This document shows, piece after piece, positions 52,159-64,000 of a stretch of DNA of 64,000 bases (positions are counted from its first letter, which is position 1; each line of letters begins with the position of its first letter). The notes below the pieces were generated by a model. That model had not been told where the DNA came from. It made no database searches and saw only the letters and a list, made by a program, of their open reading frames with translations. The stretch comes from an uncultured delta proteobacterium. GTDB taxonomy: Bacteria; Myxococcota_A; Polyangia; Polyangiales; B10-G4. The DNA is taken from contig CAVSGI010000020.1 of NCBI GenBank assembly GCA_963727445.1, forward strand, positions 736,001 through 800,000, given 5' to 3'. Position numbers and translations under genes: made by a program.

Positions 52159-53861
52159 CGCGGCGATTCGATGCGGAGGTCCTCGAGATAGAGGGCGTCG
52201 ATCGATGATGACACGACAAAGGCCAGGCAGTCTTCGGCCGAGGCGCAGATGGGATCTCCCGCGTCGTTGAGGGAGGTGTTGAGGACCACCGGTGCGCCCG
52301 CGCGGAGGATCGCGGCGAGGAGCGGCGCCGAGGCCTCGGTCACGGTCTGAACCCGGGCCGTGCCGTCGACGTGGGTCACCGCGGGATGACGCTCCGGCGC
52401 TCGGACGGCGCGGATGGTCGTCATGAACGGCGTCATGTCGTCCGCGGGCTGGTCGAAGTGGTCGGCGGCGCTTTCGGCGAGCACCGCTGGAGCGAAGGGC
52501 CGGAAGGGCTCGCGATGCTTGACCTCGCGGTTGAGGCGCTCGCGGGTTTCGACGTTTGCAGACGCCGCGAGGAGCGAACGGGCACCGAGCGCGCGCGGCC
52601 CCCACTCGAAGCGCCCGGAGGCGACGCCCACAATCTGGCCATCGTCGAGCGCGCGTGCAATCTCCGCGGGCGCATCGTCGGTTCGCGCGACCACGAGCCC
52701 GAGCTCCGAGGCCAGCGCGTGGGCGCGCGCGGCGTCGACCAGGAGGCCGAGATGGGCGCTCGTCAGCGCGGGCGGTCGCGGGTCACCGAGGTCGAGGGCG
52801 CCGAGGATCGCGGCGCCGAGCGCACCGCCGGCGTCTCCCGCCGCGGGCTGCACGAAGACGCGATCGAAGCCCGCTTCCTTTGCGAGGCGCGCGTTGGCGA
52901 CGGCGTTGAGCGCGACTCCGCCCGCGAGGCAGAGCGCGGTGGGACCGCTCGGCGTCTCGCCATAGACGGTGCGGCGTGCGCGCCGGGCGAGGGCGACGAG
53001 GGTGTCCTCGGTCACGCGCTGCAGCGAGGCCGCGACGTCGGCGCGGCGTTGGTCCGCGGGATCGTCCAGGTTCCACGCGCGTCCGGGCGCGCGCCGCGGG
53101 CCGAGCCGTTCCTCGAGCAGAGGGCCGAAGGGAAGATCGGGGTCGGTGTGATGACGAAAGGCGTCGAGGTCCAGGGAGAAGCTTCCGTCCGCGTCGGTGC
53201 GCAGGAGGCTTCGCATCTCCTCCTCGAAGCGCGGCGCGCCGAACGAGGAGAGGCCCATGACCTTGTGCTCGCCCGCGTTCACGCGGAAGCCGAGCCAGGC
53301 GGTGATCGCCGCGTAGAAGAGGCCGAGGCTGTGCGGGTAGTGGATGGTGTCGCGGCAGACGAGCCCCTCCTCTGCGGCGGACCAGATGGCGGTGCTCACG
53401 TCTTCTCCGATCCCATCGACGGTGAGCACCGCCGCCTCTGCGAAGGGTGAGCAGTAGAAGGCGCTCGCCGCGTGGCTCTCGTGGTGGGTGCGGTGGTGCA
53501 CGCGCGTCCGCGCGATGCCGAGATGGTCGGCCAGCTGGTCGAGGACCCAGAGCTTCTGCCCGAGCTGTGAGGCGATGGCGCGGGGGAACTGACGGATGGA
53601 ACGCGGGAAGGTGCCGAGCAGCGACGTGAGGACGCGTTCGACCTTCGCGTAGGGGTCCTCGTAGTAGACCACCGCGTCGAGGGCGCGCGCGTCGAGACCA
53701 GCGTGGCGCAGGCAGGCGTCGATCGCTGCACGTGGAAGGGACGCGTCGTTCTTCCACCGGCTCAAACGCTCCTCCTGGATCGCGCAGACGATCTCGGAGT
53801 CGACGACCAGCGCGGCGGCGGCGTCGTGGTAGTAGGCGCTGACCCCGAGGACCGCGGCCAT
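52155..53861 (-). CDS. O-carbamoyltransferase (NodU/CmcH/SxtI family)
   Basis: LGVSAYYHDAAAAL..QEERLSR, HHESHAASAF, LAGGVALN, EWGPRALGARS, KHREPFRPFAP, HVDGTARVQ, LNTSLN. Confidence 0.93.
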   Translation of the reverse strand: MAAVLGVSAYYHDAAAALVVDSEIVCAIQEERLSRWKNDASLPRAAIDACLRHAGLDARALDAVVYYEDPYAKVERVLTSLLGTFPRSIRQFPRAIASQLGQKLWVLDQLADHLGIARTRVHHRTHHESHAASAFYCSPFAEAAVLTVDGIGEDVSTAIWSAAEEGLVCRDTIHYPHSLGLFYAAITAWLGFRVNAGEHKVMGLSSFGAPRFEEEMRSLLRTDADGSFSLDLDAFRHHTDPDLPFGPLLEERLGPRRAPGRAWNLDDPADQRRADVAASLQRVTEDTLVALARRARRTVYGETPSGPTALCLAGGVALNAVANARLAKEAGFDRVFVQPAAGDAGGALGAAILGALDLGDPRPPALTSAHLGLLVDAARAHALASELGLVVARTDDAPAEIARALDDGQIVGVASGRFEWGPRALGARSLLAASANVETRERLNREVKHREPFRPFAPAVLAESAADHFDQPADDMTPFMTTIRAVRAPERHPAVTHVDGTARVQTVTEASAPLLAAILRAGAPVVLNTSLNDAGDPICASAEDCLAFVVSSSIDALYLEDLRIESPR

Positions 53862-54550
53862 CAGGCGTCCGGTGGCAAGAAGCCTCGGCGCGGCGGGCGC
53901 AGGAGGCGCGTCAGAAGGCCGAGGGGGGCCGACGCGAGGTAGAGCAGCGTCGCCACCAGCGCCCAGAGGAGCTCGGCGGTCGCGCGTCCCTTGCGCCGAA
54001 AGGCCCGGCCGGCCTCCCAGAGGGTCACGCGGCGGAGCGCGCGCCTCGCGCCGGCCTCCCCGCCACAGAGCTCGACCAGCAGGGCGCGCGTGTACCTCTC
54101 GTGACGTCGTTCGTCCTCGAGGATCCCCTCGAAGGCGGCGGCCATCGCCTCGTCGCCGCGGTCTTCGAAGTAGCCTCGGTACGCTTCGAACTGCGCGCGC
54201 CCGCGCGCCTCCCCCCGATGAGCGAAGGCCACGAAGCCCTCTTCGCCCAGCCGGTCATAGAGCGCCTCGACGTCGGCATCGAAACGGCGCGGGCGCGCCC
54301 GTCCGGCGGCGAGGTCGTGCGCGCGACTCTTCGCGGCGAAGAGCTTGGCGTGACGCGCTTCGTCTCCGGCGTGCTTCAGATAGAGCGCAGCGCGTTTCGG
54401 CGACTCGGTGGCGGCCGCCGCGAGGAGGAGATCGCGCCGGCTCCCTTCCTCTGCGCGTGCGAAGGAGGCGAAGGTCGCGGCGGCCCGCCGGTCTCCAGCG
54501 AATGCGAGCGGCGCGAAGAGTCGGGCGAGTCGAGGACGCAGCCCGCTCAT
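53861..54550 (-). CDS. Ferritin-like diiron protein with SxtJ-like hydrophobic C-terminus
   Basis: AEEGS..DEARH and GEARG..DERRH carboxylate/His pairs; C-terminal ATLLYLASAPLGLLTRL; overlaps both neighbours. Confidence 0.65.
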   Translation of the reverse strand: MSGLRPRLARLFAPLAFAGDRRAAATFASFARAEEGSRRDLLLAAAATESPKRAALYLKHAGDEARHAKLFAAKSRAHDLAAGRARPRRFDADVEALYDRLGEEGFVAFAHRGEARGRAQFEAYRGYFEDRGDEAMAAAFEGILEDERRHERYTRALLVELCGGEAGARRALRRVTLWEAGRAFRRKGRATAELLWALVATLLYLASAPLGLLTRLLRPPRRGFLPPDA

Positions 54551-56848
54551 GGCCGACAGATCTCCGCTCCCTGCCAGGGCGTGCATCGGCCGTCCTCGCA
54601 CGGGCGCGCGTCGCTGCAGAGCGCGAAGCAGTGCCCGGTGGCGCCCGCGTTCGCGCGGCCCTCACTGCAGGGCGGCATGGTGAGGGGATCGCCCCGCACG
54701 CAGCGCAGGAGATCCGCGCATCGGTCGGCGTACGCCTCGAAACATTCGGCGACCGGGGAGCCGTAAGCGGTCTCGCAGGTCGGCGCGCACTCGCCCGTCG
54801 GCCAGCCCTGTTGCACCTCGCAGATCGACTCTCCGTAGACCTCGAGATGACAGGCGCAGATCCGCTCCGCGCGCTCGTCCTCGGTGAAGGGCCGCGCGTC
54901 CCCGGGGACCGGGTCCTCGAAGTACATCTGCGGTTGCTCCTGGCCCTCGGGCCAGCGCACCACCAGACGCTGCCGCCGGTCCTCCCAGAAGAAGTCCGCC
55001 TCGAGGCCCTGTCCCTCGAAGATGGGGGCGATCAGCGTCGCGGCCTCTGAGGTGGTCAGCGCCAGCGCTTCGCCCAGGCCGCCGTCGACGATCTCGATCC
55101 CGCTCGGCACCTGACGGCGCCCCTCGCGGATGCAGCTCACGCGGAGCCATTCGCGGATGCGCGTCGTCTCGCAATGCGCCGCGCTCGAGCCGCGCACGAT
55201 CGCTTCAGGCGTGTGGATCCACTCCTCCGGCGCGGGGACGCGACTTCGGTCCTCGGGGATGCCCGTGTCGGGCATCCGCAACGGCGCCGGCGCTTCCATC
55301 GCCTCCGCCACCGCGCTCGCTACCGCCCGCTGCCCCTTCGCCGTGAGGTGCAGATCGCCGTCGAGGAAGGCGCCCGGTTCCGCCTCGCGCAGCGCTTCGG
55401 TGGGATCGACGGCGCGCGAGCCCATCCGGCGTGTCGTCGCGACGAGGTCGTCGATCAAGATGCGCGTCGGCTCCATGTCGAGGGGCTCTTCGTCGTACTT
55501 CGCCCACTCCTCGTCGGAGACCATCACGTCCAAAGGCAGCGCGACGACCATCAGCTCGGCGTCGTGGGCGTCGGCGATGGCGCGCGCCTCTTCGATGCGG
55601 GGGGCGAGCACGCTCGGCACCGGCGCGCGCCCCACCGCTTCCCCGAGGGCCTCCGCGCGCTCGGCCTCGAGTCGATCGCGCTCGTGCACCGCCGACTCCG
55701 CCTCTCCCGAAGCCTCACCGGCGCGCGTCTGCGCCAGCATGCGCTCGCGGAAGCGCACCGCCTGGCGGATGATGCGCGCGGTCAGGGCGATCTCCCGCCC
55801 CTCCTCCACGTTGTCCTCGCGGACGATGTCGCCCGGTCGTCCGCGCGCGGCCTGGATGCGCAGGAAGTTGTTCCGCCCAGCCTCTTCGTAGTCGAAGGCG
55901 TCCTCGTTGTGCTCGTAGATCAACGTGTCGATCCGACCTTCGACGTCGTCGAGAGACAGGTCGAGGCGCGCGAGGCGCTGGCGCTGATCGACCGCGGAGG
56001 CGAGGAAGACCTCCTCCGACTCTTCGTGCTCCTGACTCGAACGCTCTCCCGAGGAGAGCAGAATCTTGCCACGAGCCCTCGGAGGGGAGCCCGGCGACCT
56101 CCATCGACGTCGCGTGTTCGTCGAGGAAGCGGCGCAGGGCGTAGACCAGATGGCTCTTCTGGAAGAGCAGAGAGCGACCAGGAAAGACGGTGATGGTCTC
56201 GGGCGCCGTCTCGGCGCGGACCGCCCACCCATCCCATACCGCGTGCCGAAGCCGATTGGGACGGTCGGTCTCGAAGAGGTCGTTCGCCATGTTCACGACG
56301 TAGACCACGGTCGAGACGTGGCGGTCCGCGAGCACCTCTTCGATCACCGCGTTGTACTCGAGGGGGCCGTAGGTCGGCACGCCGCCGTTCAGAACGGGCC
56401 GCCCGAGGAGCTCTTCGAGCACGGCCGAGAGCGTCTCGTCCTCCTCCACGCCGAGGCCGAAGACCTGCGAGTCGCCCACCACGAGCACCTCGTCGTCGCC
56501 GGAGGCGGGCCACTCCCCGCCGCGATATCCCCGACTATCGATCCGGATGTCGGTGATCGGGTTGTCGCGGAACTGCAGCCGCTCGGAGGCCCCCGGCTGC
56601 ATGCGCACACCGAGGTCGGTGTCGGCGACGTAGATGTTCACGTGGGGGAAAGCGCCGTCGTCCCGCAGCCAGAATGCGCCCTCGGCGATGACGAGACCCA
56701 GCGTGAGGCCGAGCGCCACCGCCAGGAGCGCCCGGCCGACGCGCCGCTTCTTCGGCGGGGGCGGGGTGGAGGAGATGCGCTCGGTCTCGAGCGGCGGCGC
56801 CTTGGGCGGCAGGGTGCGGGGCCGCTGCGGATCGTCCTCGAGGCTCAT
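54547..56848 (-). CDS. Membrane-anchored SGNH/GDSL hydrolase with Cys-rich C-terminus (apparent frameshift near 56050)
   Basis: VVGDSQVFG, NGGVPTYG, ANDL; DGDLHLT (DxxH) in the next frame. Confidence 0.75.
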
Positions 56849-58054
56849 GAACCTTCACTCCCCGAGTCCGCCAATCGCCGGAGCGCGGTGGCGAGCACCG
56901 GCCTGTGGCGAGCCTCCCTCGTTCCGTCCCCGAGCTGACCGTGGGTGTTCTCGCCCCAGCAGGCCACGTCGCCGTCGGCGAGGAGGGCGCAGGCGTGCAT
57001 GGCGCCGACCGCGACCGCTCGCGCATCCTCGATGCCCTCCACCGGTGCGGCCGCGCCGTAGACCGGGCCCTCGTCTCCGCGCGCGGACGCAAGGCTCTGC
57101 CGGTAGCAGTGGACGCGCCCGGCGTCGGTGACGGCGCAGACCTCCCATGGCCCGACGCCAATCGAGAATCGCCCGCTCGCCTTCGATTGGAGGGAGGGTC
57201 TCGTGCGTCCCGCCGAGGGGGGTGGTTCCACCCGCGCGCTCCACCCCATAGGAGCCCCAGCAAGAGATCGCACCCTCGCCGCCGAGGGCGCAGGTCTGCA
57301 CCGCCAGGTCGTGGCTCGCGATCTGAGTGACGCCTTCGATGGCGGGTACCAATTGGGGAACGGCGCGGGAGCGTTCGGACGCTCCGCCCATCTGTCCCCG
57401 CCGATTGTCACCCCAGCAGGTGACGCGCCCGTCGCGGTGCCGCGCGCAGGTGTGTGTCGCGCCCGTCGCCACTTCGGCGACGTCGGCGACGCCGGGGACC
57501 CACCAGTCGTGACTGCGAAAAGGCGACGCACTCTGTCCCCATCGGTCGTCCCAGATGCAGCGGACATGGCCGTCGGTCAGCAGTGCGCAGAGATGCTCGC
57601 CGCCCAGCGAGGCCTCGGTCACGTGCGGAAGCCCCACGCCCTGGGGGCGATTGCCGCCACCGTAGCGACGTGGCCAACAGGTCAGCGCCTCCCCGTCGGA
57701 CCAGGCACACGCGTGATGTTGGGAGAGGGCGAGGCCCTGCTCCGCGGCGAAGCCGTCGATAACCGTCAGGTCGCCGTCCTGCTCTTCGCTTCCGAACGCC
57801 GCGCGGTTGTCGCCGAAGCAAGCCACGCGCCCGTCGCCGAGGACCGCGCAGGTGTTGTAGTAGCCGGCGGCGAGGGCGATGGGCCTCAATGGCTCGGGGA
57901 GGTCGAGGTCGCCGAGCGGCGGCGCCTCTTCGGTCTCCGCGGTCGTGCTCTCGTCGGCGAGCTCGGAGAGATCGGGGCGCACGCGCACCTCTTCGCATCC
58001 ACCCGTCACGAGGACGAGGGCCACCGAGAGACGGGCCGCGGCCGGTGCGCGCAT
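56845..58054 (-). CDS. RCC1-repeat lipoprotein (apparent frameshift near 57160)
   Basis: LVTGGC lipobox; repeated HTCA..DGRVTCWGDNRRGQ and HACALLADGDVACWGENTHGQLGDG. Confidence 0.82.
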
Positions 58055-58083
58055 CGGCGGGAGTATGGCACGGTCGTCCGCGA

Positions 58084-59022
58084 TCAGGGCACGACGGGCA
58101 GGGCCCTCTCGCTCCGCGACCGACGACCTCGAGGTGCGTGCGCCCCTTCGCCGACGAAAAGCGATGCGATCGCGGGGAGCGTTCCGGATGGGGCGTTGGT
58201 GGAACGGAGCTCGCGTCCGCCCAGGCGTTCGACGTAGAGCGCGTCCACACCGGGGCAGCGCGCGCGTGACGGGCACGCGTCGCACACGGCCACGTACGCG
58301 CGGGGATGCGCCGGCAGCGCGTGTTCGGCGAAGGGGCCGAGCAGACAGAGCGGTGCGCCGGAGAGGAAGCTCGGGAGCGCCGCGCGGCGGGCGCGCGCGA
58401 GCGCGTGGAGCGCGTAGGGGAGCGCGACCGAGAGGCGGGGCAGGATGCGAGGCGCGGCGTCTTCGGCGCGACCGGCGGCGACAGGCAGCGAGATGCACCA
58501 GGCCTTCACCCCGGCCGCCGAGAGCAGGGTCGGCAACTCCGAGAGGACGGCCTGGTTCGAGCGGGTGAGCACCGTCGTACAGACGACGTCGAGGCCCGCC
58601 TGTCGCGCGGTCTCGAGGGCGCGTCCGATGCGGGCGAAGCTCCCGGGGTGGCCCGTGTGATAGTCGTGCACCTCGGGCCGCGCGCCGTGAAGCGACAAGT
58701 GCACGTCGGTGAGCCCCGCGTCGCGCAGCCGCGCTGCGGCGGTTGGATCGTCGCCGAGGAGCGCACCGTTGCTCTGAACGCCGACGCGAGAGAAGCCGCT
58801 TTTTTTGAGGCGCCCGAGGATCGCTTCGATGTCGCTCACCCCCAGCGGCTCGCCCCCGGTCAACGTGACCGCGTCCTGCTCCGATGCGGCGAGGGCTTCG
58901 ATGCGCTCGTCGAGTGACGGGCCCTCGTCTTCGAGCCCGTCCTGGCAGCAGAAGACGCACGCATTGTCGCATTCGAGCGTCAAACGGAGCGTCGGGCGGG
59001 TCGGGGTCGCGCGGGCCAACAC
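58084..59022 (-). CDS. HxsC-type radical SAM enzyme
   Basis: CDNACVFC, TGGEP, QSNG, APLCLLGP, CDACPSRARCPGV..Y..LGGREL; start GTG 59022 or TTG 59019. Confidence 0.8.
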   Translation of the reverse strand: MLARATPTRPTLRLTLECDNACVFCCQDGLEDEGPSLDERIEALAASEQDAVTLTGGEPLGVSDIEAILGRLKKSGFSRVGVQSNGALLGDDPTAAARLRDAGLTDVHLSLHGARPEVHDYHTGHPGSFARIGRALETARQAGLDVVCTTVLTRSNQAVLSELPTLLSAAGVKAWCISLPVAAGRAEDAAPRILPRLSVALPYALHALARARRAALPSFLSGAPLCLLGPFAEHALPAHPRAYVAVCDACPSRARCPGVDALYVERLGGRELRSTNAPSGTLPAIASLFVGEGAHAPRGRRSRSERALPVVP

Positions 59023-59080
59023 GCTGAGGGTAGAGAGCCCCGGGTGGCGGTCAAGCCGAGGCCCCGTAACATACGAGGGC

Positions 59081-60007
59081 TTGCCCCTCCTCGACGTCAT
59101 CCTGGGTTACGACTGCAACCTCGCATGTGACTACTGCACCATCTCGCCGGAGATGCGCGCGCGCGCCATCGATACGCGCGCGGTGGCCTCCGAGCTCCGG
59201 CGCGGGCAGGCGGACGGATACGACCGGGTCTCCTTCACCGGGGGCGAGCCGACCATCCGCGCCGATCTGCTCCCGCTGATCCGCGAGGCGCATCGCCTCG
59301 GCTACGGTGACATCAAGGTTCAGTCCAACGCGCTCCTCTTCACGCCTTCGAACGTCGCCCGGCTCGCCGACGCCGGCGCGAACCGCTTTCACGTATCCAT
59401 CCACACCCACCGGGCGGATCGGTACGACGCCCTGGTTCGCCGTGAGGGCGCGTATCCCGCGATGGTCGCGGGGCTCGACGCGGTGATCGCCGCTGGCCAT
59501 CGTCTCACCGTCGATCTCATCATCAAGTCGGACACCCTGGCGGACCTGCCGGACGCGGCGCGCTGGCTCCACGCGCGCGGCGTGCGGAGCATTCACCTCT
59601 GGTTCGTCTCCCTGACCGACGAAAACCGCGACAACCTGGCGTCGCTCCCCAAGATGAGCGCGGCCATACCCCAGGTGAGCGAGGTGCTTCGGCTGGCCGA
59701 GGCCGAGAGCTTCGAGGTGCTCTCGCTCCACATCCCGCGCTGTCTGTTGGGTCCCGAGAACGTCGCCCACGCCTGGGACCCCGGCAGAGACGACGTGCGC
59801 GTCGTGACGCCCGACGCGACCTTCCAGCTCGAGCGGTCGAAGATCACCGGGCAGCGTCACGTGCCCGCCTGCGACGGGTGCGAGTACCGGGAGATCTGCC
59901 CGGGCTTGCGCGACGACTACCTCGAGGTGTACGGCGACATCGAGGTCGCCGCGGTTCGAGGCGTGGCCTCCTCGGTGCCGCCCACGCGCGCTCTGCCGGT
60001 CCTCTGA
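59081..60007 (+). CDS. HxsC-type radical SAM enzyme
   Basis: GAGG then TTG start; CNLACDYC, FTGGEPTIR, IPRCLLGP, CDGCEYREICPGL..Y..YGDIEV. Confidence 0.82.
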   Translation: MPLLDVILGYDCNLACDYCTISPEMRARAIDTRAVASELRRGQADGYDRVSFTGGEPTIRADLLPLIREAHRLGYGDIKVQSNALLFTPSNVARLADAGANRFHVSIHTHRADRYDALVRREGAYPAMVAGLDAVIAAGHRLTVDLIIKSDTLADLPDAARWLHARGVRSIHLWFVSLTDENRDNLASLPKMSAAIPQVSEVLRLAEAESFEVLSLHIPRCLLGPENVAHAWDPGRDDVRVVTPDATFQLERSKITGQRHVPACDGCEYREICPGLRDDYLEVYGDIEVAAVRGVASSVPPTRALPVL

Positions 60008-60011
60008 GCGC

Positions 60012-60799
60012 TCAGCGTCGAAACGGTCCACGCGCTGGATGCCAGAGCCGGCCTTCTCTCATCGTCCCGTTCTCCCTGAGGGCGAAGTCCACGATCAACA
60101 CCGTCTCTTCGCATCCACAGGTCGGTCCCTCGGGCGAGCCCAGGTCCTGGCAGTCCGCGGTCCGGGTGCCGCGCCGGTAGCGAATCCGGATGACGCGGCC
60201 CTCCTCGCTCTTCAGCGCCAGTGGGGGCGTGTCGGTCCAATAGCCGTGCGGGCCACACTCGCTGGGCGCCCCGCCGGCCAGGGGGATCCGCGCCCGAAGG
60301 GCGAGGTTGCCCGCCACCGCGCCGAAGGCGAGGAGCTCCTCGTCCACGCCGCGCATGTCACTGCCGGGGCCGCGCTCCAACACGACCACGAGCTCGCTGT
60401 CGCCGTCGCCATCGGTGTCCCACAGATCCCAGTCGAAGCGGACGAAGGGGCGCGGCTCGAGGATCATCTCGAGGCCGCCGGTCAGCCGCGCGAGGCCGGC
60501 GGTGGGCGGGTCCGGCTCGGGTGCGGGGTCGCAGTGAAAGGCCGGGACCGGGCTCTCGCACGGCGCCTCTCGGCGGTCGCCGGCGTCGGCGAAGAGGACC
60601 ACGCGCTCTTCCCCCATGCGAAAGACGAAGGCCGCGGTGATCGTGCGATCCGCCCGGGCTTCCTCGAGGGCCCTCACGGCCGCGAGGCGTTCGTCGTCGC
60701 TCCCGCGCGTCACGGGCTGCGCCGCGGCGAGCGCTGGAAAGAGCGCGAGAAGGATCGTGGCGAGCAGCGCCCGGGCCAGGCCTCGGCGCGCGCGCCGCC

Positions 60800-60803
<4 letters not shown>
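60012..60803 (-). CDS. Hypothetical secreted protein
   Basis: GTGA overlap with speA; signal LLATILLALFPALAAA; DTDGDGDSE motif. Confidence 0.6.
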
Positions 60804-62700
<1,897 letters not shown>

Positions 62701-62714
<14 letters not shown>

Positions 62715-63264
62715 TGGCAGGCGCCATGATGGCACGTTCCGCCGAGGCGTCGAATACCTCACGGTGCACCCGAAGGTCGTCGGTGAGCTCCGGGTGGAAG
62801 GTCGTCGCATGGACCGAGCCCCGGACCACCCAGACCGGGTCGCCACGATAGGTCGCGCGGGCGGCGACACCGGGACCGACGCGGCGGATCCGGGGGGCGC
62901 GGATGAGCACCAGTGACAGCGCGGTGTCTGCGTCGGCCTCGCCGATGCAGCTGTGGAGCTGCGAGCCGTAGGCGTTGCGCGTGACCGTCAGGTCGAGGAG
63001 GCCCAGGCGCACGAGGGCGAGCAGACCTGCGCACGTGGCCAGCGTCGGCAGCCCCTCTTCGACGGCGCTTCGCAGTGGCGCCTCGAGGCCGGCCCGTTTC
63101 CAGAGGAGGGCCTGGGTCGTGCTCTCGCCTCCGGGCAGCACCAGACCGCCGAGACCCTCCAGCGCTTCGGGCGTCCGAACCTCGCGAACCGCGTGCCCCA
63201 GGCTCTCGAGGGCGCGGCGGTGCGGGGCGACCGCGCCCTGGAGCGCGACGATACCCACCCGCAC
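62701..63264 (-). CDS. pdxT: PLP synthase glutaminase subunit
   Basis: VALQGAV, LPGGESTT, TCAG, RNAYGSQ, IRAP, FHPEL. Confidence 0.93.
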
Positions 63265-63265
63265 T

Positions 63266-64000
63266 TCAGGACCCGCGGGCGCTCAGGCGCTCGGCCTGCG
63301 CGAGGTCCATGCTCGCGAGCCCGCGCATGGGGGCGCCGAGGTGAGCGCTGATCGCCAAGAGGCGCTGGGGGTCCTGGCAGTGGGCGACGGCCTCCACGAT
63401 GGCGCGGGCGCGACGCGGGGGGTCGTCGCTGAGGAAGATACCGCTACCCACGAAGACCGCTTCGGCGCCCAGGGCCATGCAGAGGGCGGCGTCTGCGGGG
63501 GTGGCGATGCCGCCGGCGGCGAAGCTCGGCACCGGGAGCTTTCCGCTCTTTGCGGCCGTCTCCACGAGGGCTCGCGGCGCGGCGAGGCGTTTGGCCTCGG
63601 CGGCGAGCTCCGCCGGGTCGAGCACCGTGAGGCGGCGCAGCTGGGCGCGGATCTTCCGCAGGTGGCGCACGGCTTCGACGATGTCGCCGGTGCCGGCCTC
63701 GCCCTTGGTGCGGATCATGGCGGCCCCTTCGGCGACGCGGCGGAGGGCTTCGCCGAGGTCCGTGGCGCCGCAGACGAAGGGGACGGCGAAGGCGTGCTTG
63801 TCGATGTGATGCTCGTCGTCGGCTGGGGTGAGCACCTCGGACTCGTCGACGAAGTCGACCTCGAGGGCCTCGAGAATCTGCGCCTCGACGAAATGGCCGA
63901 TGCGGCACTTGGCCATGACCGGGATGGTGACGGCTCTCTGAATCGCCTCGACGAGGGACGGGTCCGCGGCGCGCGCCACGCCACCTTCGCGCCTGATCTG
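63266..64000 (-). CDS. pdxS: PLP synthase lyase subunit (5' truncated by window edge)
   Basis: [53 protein letters not shown]. Confidence 0.96.
   Translation of the reverse strand, partial: QIRREGGVARAADPSLVEAIQRAVTIPVMAKCRIGHFVEAQILEALEVDFVDESEVLTPADDEHHIDKHAFAVPFVCGATDLGEALRRVAEGAAMIRTKGEAGTGDIVEAVRHLRKIRAQLRRLTVLDPAELAAEAKRLAAPRALVETAAKSGKLPVPSFAAGGIATPADAALCMALGAEAVFVGSGIFLSDDPPRRARAIVEAVAHCQDPQRLLAISAHLGAPMRGLASMDLAQAERLSARGS

Noticed and set aside
51988..56848. Saxitoxin biosynthesis cluster
   Set aside because: Only sxtI/J/K/L-like accessory families are present; there is no sxtA, sxtG or other core gene.

Overview
GC-rich window whose gene content looks myxobacterial (Polyangiales/Sandaracinus-like; inferred from Cys-rich lipoproteins, Ser/Thr kinases and an AgmX/PglI-type domain). 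About a dozen single frameshifts, including in sthA, speA and a thiolase, point to long-read indel errors. The main feature is an expanded His-Xaa-Ser (Hxs) radical-SAM/RiPP-like system. Two tandem precursor genes share an acidic leader and end in almost perfect HCS-(HGS)n-W cores (16 and 13 triplets), followed by two HxsD-like genes and hxsB. Four HxsC-type radical SAM paralogues are scattered over about 32 kb: one fused to a methyltransferase, one behind a sigma54 two-component system, and a divergent pair, one of which heads a tightly packed operon encoding an RCC1 lipoprotein, SGNH hydrolase, diiron ferritin-like protein, O-carbamoyltransferase and a SxtK/DUF5989-like peptide. Other notable items: an IS630 inserted into the shared CTAG stop codons of two convergent genes; a REP-like direct+inverted repeat array beside the Hxs locus; a foreign-looking island directly after hxsB whose large surface lipoprotein has a (GTCT)6 tract in its signal peptide (candidate phase variation); and a lipoprotein with an aerolysin/ETX-like beta-hairpin. 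The rest is housekeeping or metabolic (menB, sthA, fadI/fabG/maoC, ROK kinase, GH13, HAD, speA, pdxT, pdxS). All family calls come from motif recognition, not database searches.
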